Source: a virus. From it: a stretch of 64,000 nt of DNA. Positions 27,946 to 37,471 of the stretch are shown piece after piece. The notes under the pieces are model-generated. The model saw only the letters and a program-made list of their open reading frames with translations, was not told the origin of the DNA and ran no database searches. Position numbers and translations under genes: made by a program. Positions within the stretch are counted from its first letter, which is position 1; the number at the start of each line of letters is the position of its first letter. Location: the IMG/VR virus record IMGVR_UViG_3300030031_000041, positions 2,764-66,763 of that record; one strand, 5' to 3'.

Positions 27946-28221
27946 ATGAAAATTCATGAAGCGATACGTCTGAGAAATGTATACGGTGGAGAAACGACTC
28001 TTAATGGTCTTGTAAGTCTAATACAAGGAAATAAAATTCATAGATGCCCGAAGTGCGGCGGAAGTGGAACTACTATCAAAAGAGTAAATCGTGCACAATA
28101 CTGGGAGTGTTGCGATGATTACAAAGAAATAGAAGTTACTTGCGACTTATGTAACGGCGAGGGATACACCGAGAAAATATACAAGCCTAAAATGGTACAG
28201 GATGGATGGAAATGCGAATAG
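27946..28221 (+). CDS. Zn-ribbon protein
   Basis: CPKCGG...CDLCNGEG. Confidence 0.45.
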   Translation: MKIHEAIRLRNVYGGETTLNGLVSLIQGNKIHRCPKCGGSGTTIKRVNRAQYWECCDDYKEIEVTCDLCNGEGYTEKIYKPKMVQDGWKCE

Positions 28222-28373
28222 CAGGCAAAGAAATCAACGATGAATGTTCCAAGTGCGGAAATATTCTCGAATGCGAGTTGTTTCGACAGGGACATGGAAT
28301 AAAACAGGAACGTGAGAATATAGCAAAGATGATCGAGTGCCAGATGAAACACAGGGAGGGCAAGGAAAAATAA
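28212..28373 (+). CDS. small Cys-containing protein
   Basis: ATG 28212 in frame to TAA 28373; overlaps upstream stop. Confidence 0.35.
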   Translation: MRIAGKEINDECSKCGNILECELFRQGHGIKQERENIAKMIECQMKHREGKEK

Positions 28374-28377
28374 AATT

Positions 28378-28659
28378 ATGGAAAATAATTTATCGTTACG
28401 AGACAAACGTAAATGTCCGTTTTGCGGAGGAGTAGTAATCAATACAGGAGTGGATTTCTTTTGCGGTGATGTAGATATTATTGATTTGAGAACTGATGCA
28501 GAATGGATTTGTACAAATTGTAAAACTGAATTTGATGCTGAATTTGATTTTTCAATTGATGGAATTAAAAAAATTCATAACTTAAAAGCGACATTCTTTG
28601 ATAGACGTAACAATGGTGTTAATGTGCTTGGAGAGACAAGCAATAGAATAAAAAGGTGA
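28378..28659 (+). CDS. Lar-like Zn-ribbon protein
   Basis: N-terminal KRKCPFCGG motif. Confidence 0.45.
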   Translation: MENNLSLRDKRKCPFCGGVVINTGVDFFCGDVDIIDLRTDAEWICTNCKTEFDAEFDFSIDGIKKIHNLKATFFDRRNNGVNVLGETSNRIKR

Positions 28660-28665
28660 TATAAA

Positions 28666-28836
28666 ATGATTAAAAGACTTTATAATATCTGGTTTAAACA
28701 AAAAACAAAGAATTTTACTCGCATTCCGGTGTTCGTAATGACGTTTGATTGGAATAAATTTCTAAAAGAAAAACTCAGTGGATGTGTAGATTATATCCGG
28801 GATAACTACGATATGGAAATGTTTACCAAAATTTGA
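28666..28836 (+). CDS. small hypothetical protein
   Basis: ATG 28666 to TGA 28836, 56 aa. Confidence 0.35.
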   Translation: MIKRLYNIWFKQKTKNFTRIPVFVMTFDWNKFLKEKLSGCVDYIRDNYDMEMFTKI

Positions 28837-28847
28837 GGGAGGATGCC

Positions 28848-29213
28848 ATGAGAATTGAAGATTTGAAAAATTGGACTGTAGATCAGCTAAAAGAAGAAGT
28901 TGTTCGTCTGGCTGATGAGAGAGAAGCAAAGCAACATGAAATTCTGGACAAAAATGAGAAAATCAATGAGCTTCAGGCTGAACTGGATAAAATGTATGGC
29001 TATAACAATGAATTGAAAGAACAGATAGCTGAATTGAAACCTATTTCTGACCTTATGGATGATTTCGAAGAGATACCCTTTGATAAGGATGAAATAAAAA
29101 GCCTGAGACTTGCTCACCATGAAAATTGCATCACAATCAATCAGCTTCTGACAACGATTGATGTTCTGGTTGACCGATATGCAAATTTAAGAAAGATTCA
29201 CGGGGGGAGTTAA
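28848..29213 (+). CDS. coiled-coil protein
   Basis: ATG after GAGGGAGG; heptad-rich. Confidence 0.45.
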   Translation: MRIEDLKNWTVDQLKEEVVRLADEREAKQHEILDKNEKINELQAELDKMYGYNNELKEQIAELKPISDLMDDFEEIPFDKDEIKSLRLAHHENCITINQLLTTIDVLVDRYANLRKIHGGS

Positions 29214-29214
29214 G

Positions 29215-29385
29215 ATGAGTGAAAAAGACACAGAAAACTTTATTGTTGGTGGAGGAGTTTTACAACGAAATTCTGACGGTTCTTTCACAGAGGTTGAATC
29301 TTTTAATATGAATATTGGGATGAACTCTTATGATAAAAAGAATCACAGGACACAGGTACAGCAGAATTTGTCAAAGAAATTATAG
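29215..29385 (+). CDS. small hypothetical protein
   Basis: ATG 29215 to TAG 29385. Confidence 0.35.
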   Translation: MSEKDTENFIVGGGVLQRNSDGSFTEVESFNMNIGMNSYDKKNHRTQVQQNLSKKL

Positions 29386-29498
29386 ACTTTGCGAAAACAC
29401 ATCCATATGAGTATATGAAAATAAGTTCACAACAATATCCGTATTGGGAAAACAAATACAATGGTTTTAATCGACAGAAAATTTAAGGAGATTTTTTA

Positions 29499-29732
29499 AT
29501 GAGCATCAAATCAGCATTTGAATCTGAGGGAATAGATTTCTCTCAGGTAATGAACTCACCAGAGCCGTGGGACGGACGGGCATTAATAAAGAACATCAAT
29601 GGCAAGTTGTGGTATTGCTGTCCTTTTTGCCAGAAGAAAGCACTTCTGATTAGTCCAGATACAAAAATCCAGCATCTTAAATTGAAGTGCAAGGGTAGTA
29701 ACTGCAAGAAAGAGTTCGAGGTGAATGTATGA
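29499..29732 (+). CDS. Zn-ribbon protein
   Basis: CCPFCQKK...CKGSNCKK. Confidence 0.45.
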   Translation: MSIKSAFESEGIDFSQVMNSPEPWDGRALIKNINGKLWYCCPFCQKKALLISPDTKIQHLKLKCKGSNCKKEFEVNV

Positions 29733-30307
29733 ATACTTGTTATGATTGTGCGTGTTCAAAAATTGAAACAGATGGCAGTCTCAGATTCCTTATTTGTGGA
29801 ATTTATGCAAAGCATTTTCGCGTCCCGTTCTCACTTCCGGTGCCAGATATATGCAATGAATTTCAAAAACGAAGTGGATTTTCTGCATTAGAAGTACTTA
29901 CTCCTGAGGAAAAAGAGAAATGCTTCAAAATATATCGGAAATTGCCTTCGTACAATCCAGAAGTAAGTCCTGAAGAATTTTTCGGAGGTATGGACAGTGG
30001 ATTTTTGGGGATATATCCGAAAAACACTTCGGACATTGTTAAAGCTATTGATTCTATAAAGGTGCCTGATGAAGATGTTATTAAAACAGTTGCCAGCGAT
30101 GCGGAAGAACTTCAAAAGACTAAACCTGTGGAACTGGACGAACTTTCGGAAGAAACCAAGTTTAGAATTTATAAATTAATTGTAAATGAAATTGGAAAGC
30201 ATTTTTACAATTGCGAGATGCGTATGTCATATAAAGACTTTATACTTGTTGAGGATTGCATCAGAAAAGTTTTGCAAGGAGAACAAGATGAACACAAAAC
30301 GGATTAA
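29729..30307 (+). CDS. hypothetical protein
   Basis: ORF track. Confidence 0.45.
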   Translation: MNTCYDCACSKIETDGSLRFLICGIYAKHFRVPFSLPVPDICNEFQKRSGFSALEVLTPEEKEKCFKIYRKLPSYNPEVSPEEFFGGMDSGFLGIYPKNTSDIVKAIDSIKVPDEDVIKTVASDAEELQKTKPVELDELSEETKFRIYKLIVNEIGKHFYNCEMRMSYKDFILVEDCIRKVLQGEQDEHKTD

Positions 30308-30464
30308 ATGTATTTTGACAGGTGGATGCAAGTTCAAAAGTTCTGATACAGAATCGAAATGTAATGACAAAGAAAAAACTTGCACTATTACAGAAACTTG
30401 CTGCAAATGCGGAAAGAAATATACAGCGGTATTTACTTACAAACAATTAGGTATTCCAGATTGA
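30288..30464 (+). CDS. small Cys-rich protein
   Basis: MNTKRIKCILTGGCKF..CKCGKK. Confidence 0.4.
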   Translation: MNTKRIKCILTGGCKFKSSDTESKCNDKEKTCTITETCCKCGKKYTAVFTYKQLGIPD

Positions 30465-30473
30465 GGTTAATGT

Positions 30474-30794
30474 ATGAGCAAATATTTTGTAGTAAATTTT
30501 CCAATAAAGATTTTTGCTAAAGACAAAAAAGTTGTCGATGCGTTGGCAAATATTGATGTGTACCATGAAAAAGATAAGAGAATTATTTTTGTAGAATTTG
30601 TCACACTTTATACTGTTTTTCCAAAAGAATGTGTTTTTGAAATAGGATATCTTAAAAAGAAATTCAAATTCTTACATGTTGAGCCACACGTATCTGATTC
30701 TGGACTATATAAAATAAAAATTCAATATAAACGAGAAGAAGATATAAAAGAAAAAGATGAGTGGTGGTATTCACTTAGAAGTATTGTGAGGTGA
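30474..30794 (+). CDS. hypothetical protein
   Basis: ORF track. Confidence 0.45.
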   Translation: MSKYFVVNFPIKIFAKDKKVVDALANIDVYHEKDKRIIFVEFVTLYTVFPKECVFEIGYLKKKFKFLHVEPHVSDSGLYKIKIQYKREEDIKEKDEWWYSLRSIVR

Positions 30795-30798
30795 GTAA

Positions 30799-31383
30799 AT
30801 GAAAAAGATACCAACATTATTTGAGCGAGAATTTAAAGACCATAAGGTTGTAAAGGTTCTTCCGAAAGTGCATCCGGGCATGGAATGGGTACTTAAAGGA
30901 GAAGGTGTTGCAACAGTCAAATACGACGGTTCTTGCTGCGCGATAATTGACGGAGAATATTATAAAAGATATGACTGCAAGAAAGACAAAATACCACCAG
31001 AGGGATTTATTCCTTGTTGTGAGCCAGATTCCATTACAGGTCATTGGCCGGGATGGGTAAAGGTTGATGAGAATAATCCGTCTGATAAGTGGTTTGTAAA
31101 AGCGTATAACTTTTCAATGCAATGTAATCTTAGCCCATGGGTGGACGGCACGTATGAAGCTATTGGAAAACATTTTAGTGGAAATCCATATAACTATAAT
31201 TACGATGATCTTGTCCCGCATGGGAGAAATGTTGTAGAAGTCGAACGAACATTTGAAGGAATCAAGAAATATCTTTCCGAACATAGAATAGAGGGATTAG
31301 TTTTCTGGAAAGACGGAAGCCCACAATGTAAAATCAAGCGTTCAGATTTTCGTTTTGAATGGCCAGTAAAGGGGGATTTATGA
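30799..31383 (+). CDS. small nucleotidyltransferase-type RNA ligase-like protein
   Basis: motif I VKYDGS (KxDG), motif IV EGLVFWK, motif V CKIKR. Confidence 0.55.
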   Translation: MKKIPTLFEREFKDHKVVKVLPKVHPGMEWVLKGEGVATVKYDGSCCAIIDGEYYKRYDCKKDKIPPEGFIPCCEPDSITGHWPGWVKVDENNPSDKWFVKAYNFSMQCNLSPWVDGTYEAIGKHFSGNPYNYNYDDLVPHGRNVVEVERTFEGIKKYLSEHRIEGLVFWKDGSPQCKIKRSDFRFEWPVKGDL

Positions 31384-31544
31384 ATCCAGTATTTATATTT
31401 CTAGTGATATGCGGGGCAGTGGCAGTATGGTTCCTGCTTTATAAATTATTTCAACCACTAGGTAAATTATTGAATCACATTGGCAGAAATGCTATTGATG
31501 AGTTAAATAAAGACGAAAGTCAAAACAAGGAGGACAAAGAATGA
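31380..31544 (+). CDS. small membrane protein
   Basis: single TM helix, overlaps neighbours. Confidence 0.4.
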   Translation: MNPVFIFLVICGAVAVWFLLYKLFQPLGKLLNHIGRNAIDELNKDESQNKEDKE

Positions 31545-32494
31545 AGAAAGGACTTTTAGGTGGAATCGGATTAGCTGCTGTAATCGTTGCAGGACTTATA
31601 TGCGTTGCAAAGTGTAGTGTAAGGGTTCCTGCTGGTTACATTGCGGTCGAGTACAAAATGAACGGAGGAATCTCTAAGAATGTACTTACACAGGGATGGC
31701 ATCTAATTTCACCTACAGTAAAAACTTCACTATATTCTGTTGGAATCGAACAGTCTTATCTTACATCTGAAGATAAAGGCGATTCTCCAAAAGACGAAAG
31801 TTTCAAGACACCAACAGCAGATGGCAAATCTCTTTTAGTTGATTTGGAATTTTCGTATAAATTCGATCAGAGCAGGGTAACTGATGTATTTACTCAGTTC
31901 AAAGGTCAATCCGGGGAATCTGTGAAAAATACCTTTATTAAGCCGAAAATGAAAGCATGGACGCAGGAAGTAACTGCGAAGTATCCAGTAACAGATGTTT
32001 TTGGTGATAAGCGCCAGGAACTGAATGAAGCACTTGACGAATATCTTAAACGGAAGTTTGAACCATACGGAATCATTATTGATACAGTAAACTTTACTTC
32101 TATTTCCACTGATGATGAAACACAAGCTGCAATCCAAAAGAAAGTAAATGCACAGCAAGAGCTTGAATTGGCCAATATTGAAGCTAAAACAGCCAAAGTA
32201 CAAGCCGATAAAGATAAAGAAGTTGCACTGATTGCTGCTGAACAGGAAAAAGAAAAAGCAGCTATTCAGGCAGAACAAGCCAAAATTGATGCAGAAGGTA
32301 AAGCTGAAGCGATTAAGATTAAAGCTGAAGCCGAAGCGGAAGCAAACAGAAAGATTGCAGAATCGCTTACCCCTGAACTAATTGAAAAGCAGAAAATTGA
32401 TAAATGGAATGGTGAAGTTCCGAAGATTCAGGGAAGTAACACTTCTACCATCGTAGATACAAGAGATATGACAGCCAATGAGAATGCTGAATAA
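31541..32494 (+). CDS. SPFH/band-7 domain membrane protein with C-terminal coiled coil
   Basis: N-terminal TM, SPFH-like core, long EAKxA coiled-coil repeats. Confidence 0.55.
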   Translation: MKKGLLGGIGLAAVIVAGLICVAKCSVRVPAGYIAVEYKMNGGISKNVLTQGWHLISPTVKTSLYSVGIEQSYLTSEDKGDSPKDESFKTPTADGKSLLVDLEFSYKFDQSRVTDVFTQFKGQSGESVKNTFIKPKMKAWTQEVTAKYPVTDVFGDKRQELNEALDEYLKRKFEPYGIIIDTVNFTSISTDDETQAAIQKKVNAQQELELANIEAKTAKVQADKDKEVALIAAEQEKEKAAIQAEQAKIDAEGKAEAIKIKAEAEAEANRKIAESLTPELIEKQKIDKWNGEVPKIQGSNTSTIVDTRDMTANENAE

Positions 32495-32522
32495 TAAATA
32501 AATCAGTCAGAGAGCCACATGA

Positions 32523-32566
32523 GAGCCAGACTAAATCCTAAAAGAAAGGAGGTCTGGCTCTATTTT
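32523..32566 (+). terminator. terminator-like hairpin whose loop contains the terminase RBS
   Basis: GAGCCAGAC/GTCTGGCTC 9-bp stem, loop with AAAGGAGGT, then TATTTTT-ATG. Confidence 0.5.
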
Positions 32567-32567
32567 T

Positions 32568-34262
32568 ATGCAAAAATTCACAGAAGGTTCGATTGAATGG
32601 TATCGGGCAATTTTAAATCAAATCATTAATGATGATATGACGGTCTATCAAAACCAAAAAGATTGCCTTGATCTGCTGTTAAATATGAATATTGACCTTC
32701 CTTTCAAGGATAATCCAGATGCACGGAACATGGCAATGAAAGTCAGCCGGTACGCTCATACAGTTGCAGCAAGAAACGCGGCACTGACTGGAAGCGGTAA
32801 TTTTGATGATATTTACTGGCAGTATTTACTGTTGGAATCCCCATGGGCGTTCGAGAGTTATTTGTTATACATGGAGAAGAATAGACCGGACAGCAAAAAG
32901 TTCTATATCCCAAGAAAAAAAACACTCCAAGTAGTCGCTCAAGATTTACAGGATTTGGAAGATAGGATAATTGAATTTTACGGTCTATCGTTACCAAGTC
33001 GTGTTGGTAAGAGTACTATGTGCATATTTTTTATGTCGTGGATAATGGGAAGACGACCAAACAGCCACAATGCAATGGGCGGTCACTCTGGAAAACTGGC
33101 CAAGGGTTTCTATGGTGAGCTTCTGAATCTCATAAGCACACAAGAATACACTTACAGTGAGATATTTCCAAAATCAAAATTGCAAAAGCAAAGTGCCGAT
33201 GATTTTGAGATAAATTTGGACAAGCCAGACCGATTCGCCACAATGACTTGCCGCGGTATCGAGGGAACATGGACGGGTGCTGTTGATATTTCGTCTGATG
33301 GATATTTGTATGTGGATGACCTTGTTCGAGACAGGCAGCATTCTTTAAGCCCTACTCGTTTGGAGAATACCTATCAAGAGTATCTGAACAAAATGGTTGA
33401 CCGTAAAATTGATGGGGCAAGAGAGTTGATGGTTGGAACAAGATGGAACCTGTACGACCCATTAGGCAAAATTGAAAAGCTCAATCGAGATAATCCATTG
33501 TATCGGTTCCGTAAGATTCCTGCCTTGAATGACGATGGTGAATCAAACTTTGAATATGATTATGGAGTTGGTTTTTCTACGAAGTATTATGTAGATATGA
33601 AAGCCAGACTTGATGCTAACGAATGGGAGGCTAAATATCAACAGAAACCATTCTTGCGTGAAGGAATCATGTTCGCAGAAGATGAACTAAGATATTACAA
33701 TGGAATTCTTCCAGAGGGCGGATTTGTAAAGAACGTATCTGCTTGTGACGTTGCGTGGGGCGGTGGTGATAGTTTGTCCATGCCGGTTGGTGCGGAATTT
33801 GAAAACGGAGATGTATACATTTATGACTGGATTTTTAATACAGGTCCGAAGGAAGTCACACTTCCACTGGTTGTCGGAAGAATTATGGGAAATGAGATCC
33901 AATCTATCAATTTCGAAGCTAACAATGGTGGCGATATGTATGCTTATTATGTCAGCGGAAGACTAAAAGAACATGGATATGCTTGCAGCACTACCAGCAC
34001 AAAAGCTCCATCAAAGCAAGCTAAAAAAGAAAAAATCAATCAGTACTCTGGAGATGTTAAAAGAAGATTCATATTTCTAGCACCTAAATACCAAAACAAG
34101 GAATATTCAAAAGCAATGGAACAGTTGACCACTTTTGTGTATATTGGCGACAACGATCACGACGATGCACCAGATGGTGTTACACAACTTATGATAACTC
34201 TGACTCAAAAACGATTTGCAGAAGTTACAGCAACTAAGAATTTTATGTGGGGAAGGAGATAG
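32568..34262 (+). CDS. terL: terminase large subunit
   Basis: 564 aa; P-loop-like GLSLPSRVGKST; position before portal. Confidence 0.75.
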   Translation: MQKFTEGSIEWYRAILNQIINDDMTVYQNQKDCLDLLLNMNIDLPFKDNPDARNMAMKVSRYAHTVAARNAALTGSGNFDDIYWQYLLLESPWAFESYLLYMEKNRPDSKKFYIPRKKTLQVVAQDLQDLEDRIIEFYGLSLPSRVGKSTMCIFFMSWIMGRRPNSHNAMGGHSGKLAKGFYGELLNLISTQEYTYSEIFPKSKLQKQSADDFEINLDKPDRFATMTCRGIEGTWTGAVDISSDGYLYVDDLVRDRQHSLSPTRLENTYQEYLNKMVDRKIDGARELMVGTRWNLYDPLGKIEKLNRDNPLYRFRKIPALNDDGESNFEYDYGVGFSTKYYVDMKARLDANEWEAKYQQKPFLREGIMFAEDELRYYNGILPEGGFVKNVSACDVAWGGGDSLSMPVGAEFENGDVYIYDWIFNTGPKEVTLPLVVGRIMGNEIQSINFEANNGGDMYAYYVSGRLKEHGYACSTTSTKAPSKQAKKEKINQYSGDVKRRFIFLAPKYQNKEYSKAMEQLTTFVYIGDNDHDDAPDGVTQLMITLTQKRFAEVTATKNFMWGRR

Positions 34263-34263
34263 T

Positions 34264-34686
34264 ATGGATATAAAGGAGTATCTGAATCAAATTCAACGAT
34301 ACGAAAAAATTATAAATAACAAACTGGAAGAAATCGAACACTTAAAATTGCTTGCTACTAGCATTAGTGCTTCGACGTATGGCATTGAACGCGTTCAAAC
34401 TTCTGGAAGCCAAGATAAAATAGGCGATACAATTGCAAAATTGGTGGATGCGCAGCGAGAACTAGCTGACAATGTGGTAGAGCTTATGGAGAAAAAGCAG
34501 AAACTTATAGATGTTATAGAGTCTGTGGAAAATTCCCAGTATTATGATTTTTTGTATAAACGATACGTAGAGGGAAAAAAGCTAACTGTCATTGCAGATG
34601 AAATGGAATACAATGAAGAATATATTAAACAATTTCACGGGAAAGCAGTAAATTACGTAAAAGAAATGCTTAATTTCAAAAGTTAA
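34264..34686 (+). CDS. putative late transcriptional regulator (ArpU/sigma region 4-like HTH)
   Basis: C-terminal HTH-like LTVIADEMEYNEEYIKQF; between terL and portal. Confidence 0.4.
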   Translation: MDIKEYLNQIQRYEKIINNKLEEIEHLKLLATSISASTYGIERVQTSGSQDKIGDTIAKLVDAQRELADNVVELMEKKQKLIDVIESVENSQYYDFLYKRYVEGKKLTVIADEMEYNEEYIKQFHGKAVNYVKEMLNFKS

Positions 34687-34688
34687 CA

Positions 34689-34776
34689 CCTTTTCTTACT
34701 GAATATAACTTTCCGATTATGTATAATATATGATGAAAATGTATGAAGCATCGGGTGAAAACTCGGTGCTTTTTTC
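34689..34776 (+). promoter_or_regulatory. late regulatory element copy A (CCTTTTCTTACTGAATA box, -10-like TATGTATAAT, leader hairpin + U-tract)
   Basis: one of three conserved copies; hairpin 34748-34769. Confidence 0.55.
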
Positions 34777-34802
34777 ATGCTCAAAAACAGGAGGTATAGG
34801 CA

Positions 34803-36290
34803 GTGGGAAGAAACAAAAGTAATTTTGTTGACCTATGCCAAGGCGATTTTGGCAGAAAAACTGCCTACACTGGCGTAGCTCAAATTACTACCGAAAATGT
34901 TGTTCAAGTTCTATCTGATACGATTGGTACACATAATCGAAACAGAATGATGATTAATTATCTTTATCGGTACTACAAAGGCGACCAACCAATCTTATAT
35001 CGGGAAAAGCTTGTGAGACCGGAAGTAAATAACAGAGTTGTCGAAAATCACGCTCTGGAAGTTGTCAAGTTTAAGGCAGGACAAATATATGGAGAACCTA
35101 TTCAATATGTCTGCAAAAAGAAAAAAGCAGATAAAAAGATAAATGAGCAGGTCGACTTGCTGAATGATTATCTGGACGAAGCAAATGCGGATGCCCGAAA
35201 TATTCAGCTTGGAATATACCAGAGTGCCGTAGGAACTGCATACAAGACAATTCTACGAGAAGACGATTGGACAAAAGACCGTGATTTACCACCATTTAGA
35301 ATTTTTATTCCGTATCCGGGAGATGTTTATATTGTTTATTCCAGAAACACAGGAAAAGCAATGCTTTCCGTGCAGATACTGAAAGATGAAGAGAATCAGC
35401 AGTATTATCTTTGCTATTCTTCAAATCAATATTTCAAGATAAAGAACGGACAAGTAACCGTCAGCGGCATTAATGGCTTTGGCGGAATCCCAATTATCGA
35501 GTATCCAAACAACCATGACCGGCTATCTGATGTCGAAATTGCAATTACAGCATTTGATGCGATCAACAAGTATCAGTCGGATAGATTAAACGGTGTTGAA
35601 CAGTTTGTTCAAGCATTTATGAAATTCAAAAACTGTGAAGTTGACGAGAATGAATTTTTGAAAATGGTCAAGCTAGGAGCAATATCTGTAAAAGATGCTG
35701 GAAACGGTGTTCAGTCAGATGTTGACTTGATGACTGCGGAATTAAACCAGTCGGAGAGCCAAGTTGCTAAAGACGACATTTACAATAATATGCTGATTGT
35801 AGAAGCAATGCCAAACCGCCAGAGCAACACCGGTGGTGATACTGGTAATGCTGTATATTTGCGTAATGGATGGGATTTTGCAGAGCGAGATGCAAAACTT
35901 GTTGAAGCATTTACAAAAGAAGCCGAAAAAGCTTCTGTCAGAATTATTCTCAACATCATTCGCAAAACCTCCAATGATGTCAAGATTTCTACCAGAGATT
36001 TTGATGTCAAAATCACCAGAAACCCAACAGATAACATGCTTGTTAAAGCACAGGCACTTGATTATCTGTTTAAGAATAAAATTCACCCGCTTATTGCATT
36101 GATTACTTGTGGATTATTCAGCGATCCGCAAAAGGTATATGAAATGAGCTTACCATATCTTGGAACTGTTTATCCCGAACTGGCAAACCCAGACGCAGAA
36201 ATGAAGAAAGCACAAGAATTGATTAAAGATTTTAGTCAGAAATCAATTCAAAATCAATCAGCAACAATTTCTTCCACTGGTGAAGAATAG
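34803..36290 (+). CDS. portal protein
   Basis: 495 aa after terminase; GTG start with RBS GGAGG. Confidence 0.7.
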   Translation: MGRNKSNFVDLCQGDFGRKTAYTGVAQITTENVVQVLSDTIGTHNRNRMMINYLYRYYKGDQPILYREKLVRPEVNNRVVENHALEVVKFKAGQIYGEPIQYVCKKKKADKKINEQVDLLNDYLDEANADARNIQLGIYQSAVGTAYKTILREDDWTKDRDLPPFRIFIPYPGDVYIVYSRNTGKAMLSVQILKDEENQQYYLCYSSNQYFKIKNGQVTVSGINGFGGIPIIEYPNNHDRLSDVEIAITAFDAINKYQSDRLNGVEQFVQAFMKFKNCEVDENEFLKMVKLGAISVKDAGNGVQSDVDLMTAELNQSESQVAKDDIYNNMLIVEAMPNRQSNTGGDTGNAVYLRNGWDFAERDAKLVEAFTKEAEKASVRIILNIIRKTSNDVKISTRDFDVKITRNPTDNMLVKAQALDYLFKNKIHPLIALITCGLFSDPQKVYEMSLPYLGTVYPELANPDAEMKKAQELIKDFSQKSIQNQSATISSTGEE

Positions 36291-36449
36291 ACGTTTTTAC
36301 ATCAATTATTTAAGGAATCTTGGAAAACTGAGATTCCTTTTTTAATACTCAAAAATATTGCAACAGCCCGTGAGCGCAAATCGGGTACAGATCATGTGCG
36401 GAGCGAACCGTGTGAACAAAGCGTGTTGGTCTGGAAGAAAGGAGATTTC

Positions 36450-37091
36450 ATGACAAGAGAACAGGCAAAACAAGTACTTATCGGTATGGGAATTGAGGAG
36501 CCGTCTGATGAACAGGTGTCTAAATACCTTGATTCCGTTACAGGAGAAGTAAAGAAAGAAAAAGACAAAAATGCTTCATTACAAGAAAAAGCCAACAAGG
36601 CAGCAGACCTTGAAAAAGAATTGGAAGAGCTGAAACAGCAGAATATGACAGACGCTGAGAAAGCAGAACTGGAACGCCAGAAAGAAAAAGCTGCAAACGA
36701 GAAAAGAATTTCTGACCTTGAATCCGCACTTGCAACTTCCCAGAGAGAAGCACTGACAGGAAAAATCACTTCCATTTTTGCTAATGCAGGAATGCAAGGT
36801 GATGCCTACGCAGGAGCAATCAAAGCATTTTCCAATATGAATAAAGAAGATGCACTCAAAGAAGCACAGACTTTTGTTGATGGAATTTCCGAAGTAAATA
36901 AAACAACTCTCGATACTGCAAAAGCTGCATGGGAAAAAGAAATCCTTGAAAACACGCCTAATCCGGGTGGTGGAGCTGGCGACAGTAACGAGACAAAGAA
37001 AAGTGATGCATCTGAATATGCAAAAGCGTACTCAGCAAGAATGAATCAAGAAGCCAAGGCAGCAGATGATAATGCCCCGGTAAATATTTAA
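36450..37091 (+). CDS. scaffolding protein
   Basis: coiled-coil, acidic, between portal and capsid. Confidence 0.6.
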   Translation: MTREQAKQVLIGMGIEEPSDEQVSKYLDSVTGEVKKEKDKNASLQEKANKAADLEKELEELKQQNMTDAEKAELERQKEKAANEKRISDLESALATSQREALTGKITSIFANAGMQGDAYAGAIKAFSNMNKEDALKEAQTFVDGISEVNKTTLDTAKAAWEKEILENTPNPGGGAGDSNETKKSDASEYAKAYSARMNQEAKAADDNAPVNI

Positions 37092-37113
37092 TTTTAGTAA
37101 AGGAGAAAAAGAT

Positions 37114-37458
37114 ATGGCTTTTATGAAAACTGAGCAGTATGAATCCAGACCTAACATCCTTGAATCTGAGGTTGGATTAGTACTCAAAACTTACACAGCA
37201 GATCAGACAAATGCTGAAACAGTTGGAACTAAGAAAATCATCAAAGCAGGTTCTGTATATCCGACAAATGCAACAGGCGCAATCGGCATTGTGTTTGAAG
37301 ATGTTGATATGACAGATGATGCTAAAAGACCGATTTCTGTGATTATTGCAGGTCGTGTTCTTGAAAAAAGACTCCCGGTAACAGTTGATGAAACTGCAAA
37401 AACTGAACTTGAGAAATCAGGTATCGTTTTTGTGGTCACAGAAGATCCAGTATATTAA
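37114..37458 (+). CDS. head-associated protein (decoration/minor capsid)
   Basis: position between scaffold and capsid. Confidence 0.45.
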   Translation: MAFMKTEQYESRPNILESEVGLVLKTYTADQTNAETVGTKKIIKAGSVYPTNATGAIGIVFEDVDMTDDAKRPISVIIAGRVLEKRLPVTVDETAKTELEKSGIVFVVTEDPVY

Positions 37459-37471
37459 GGAGGTATAACAA

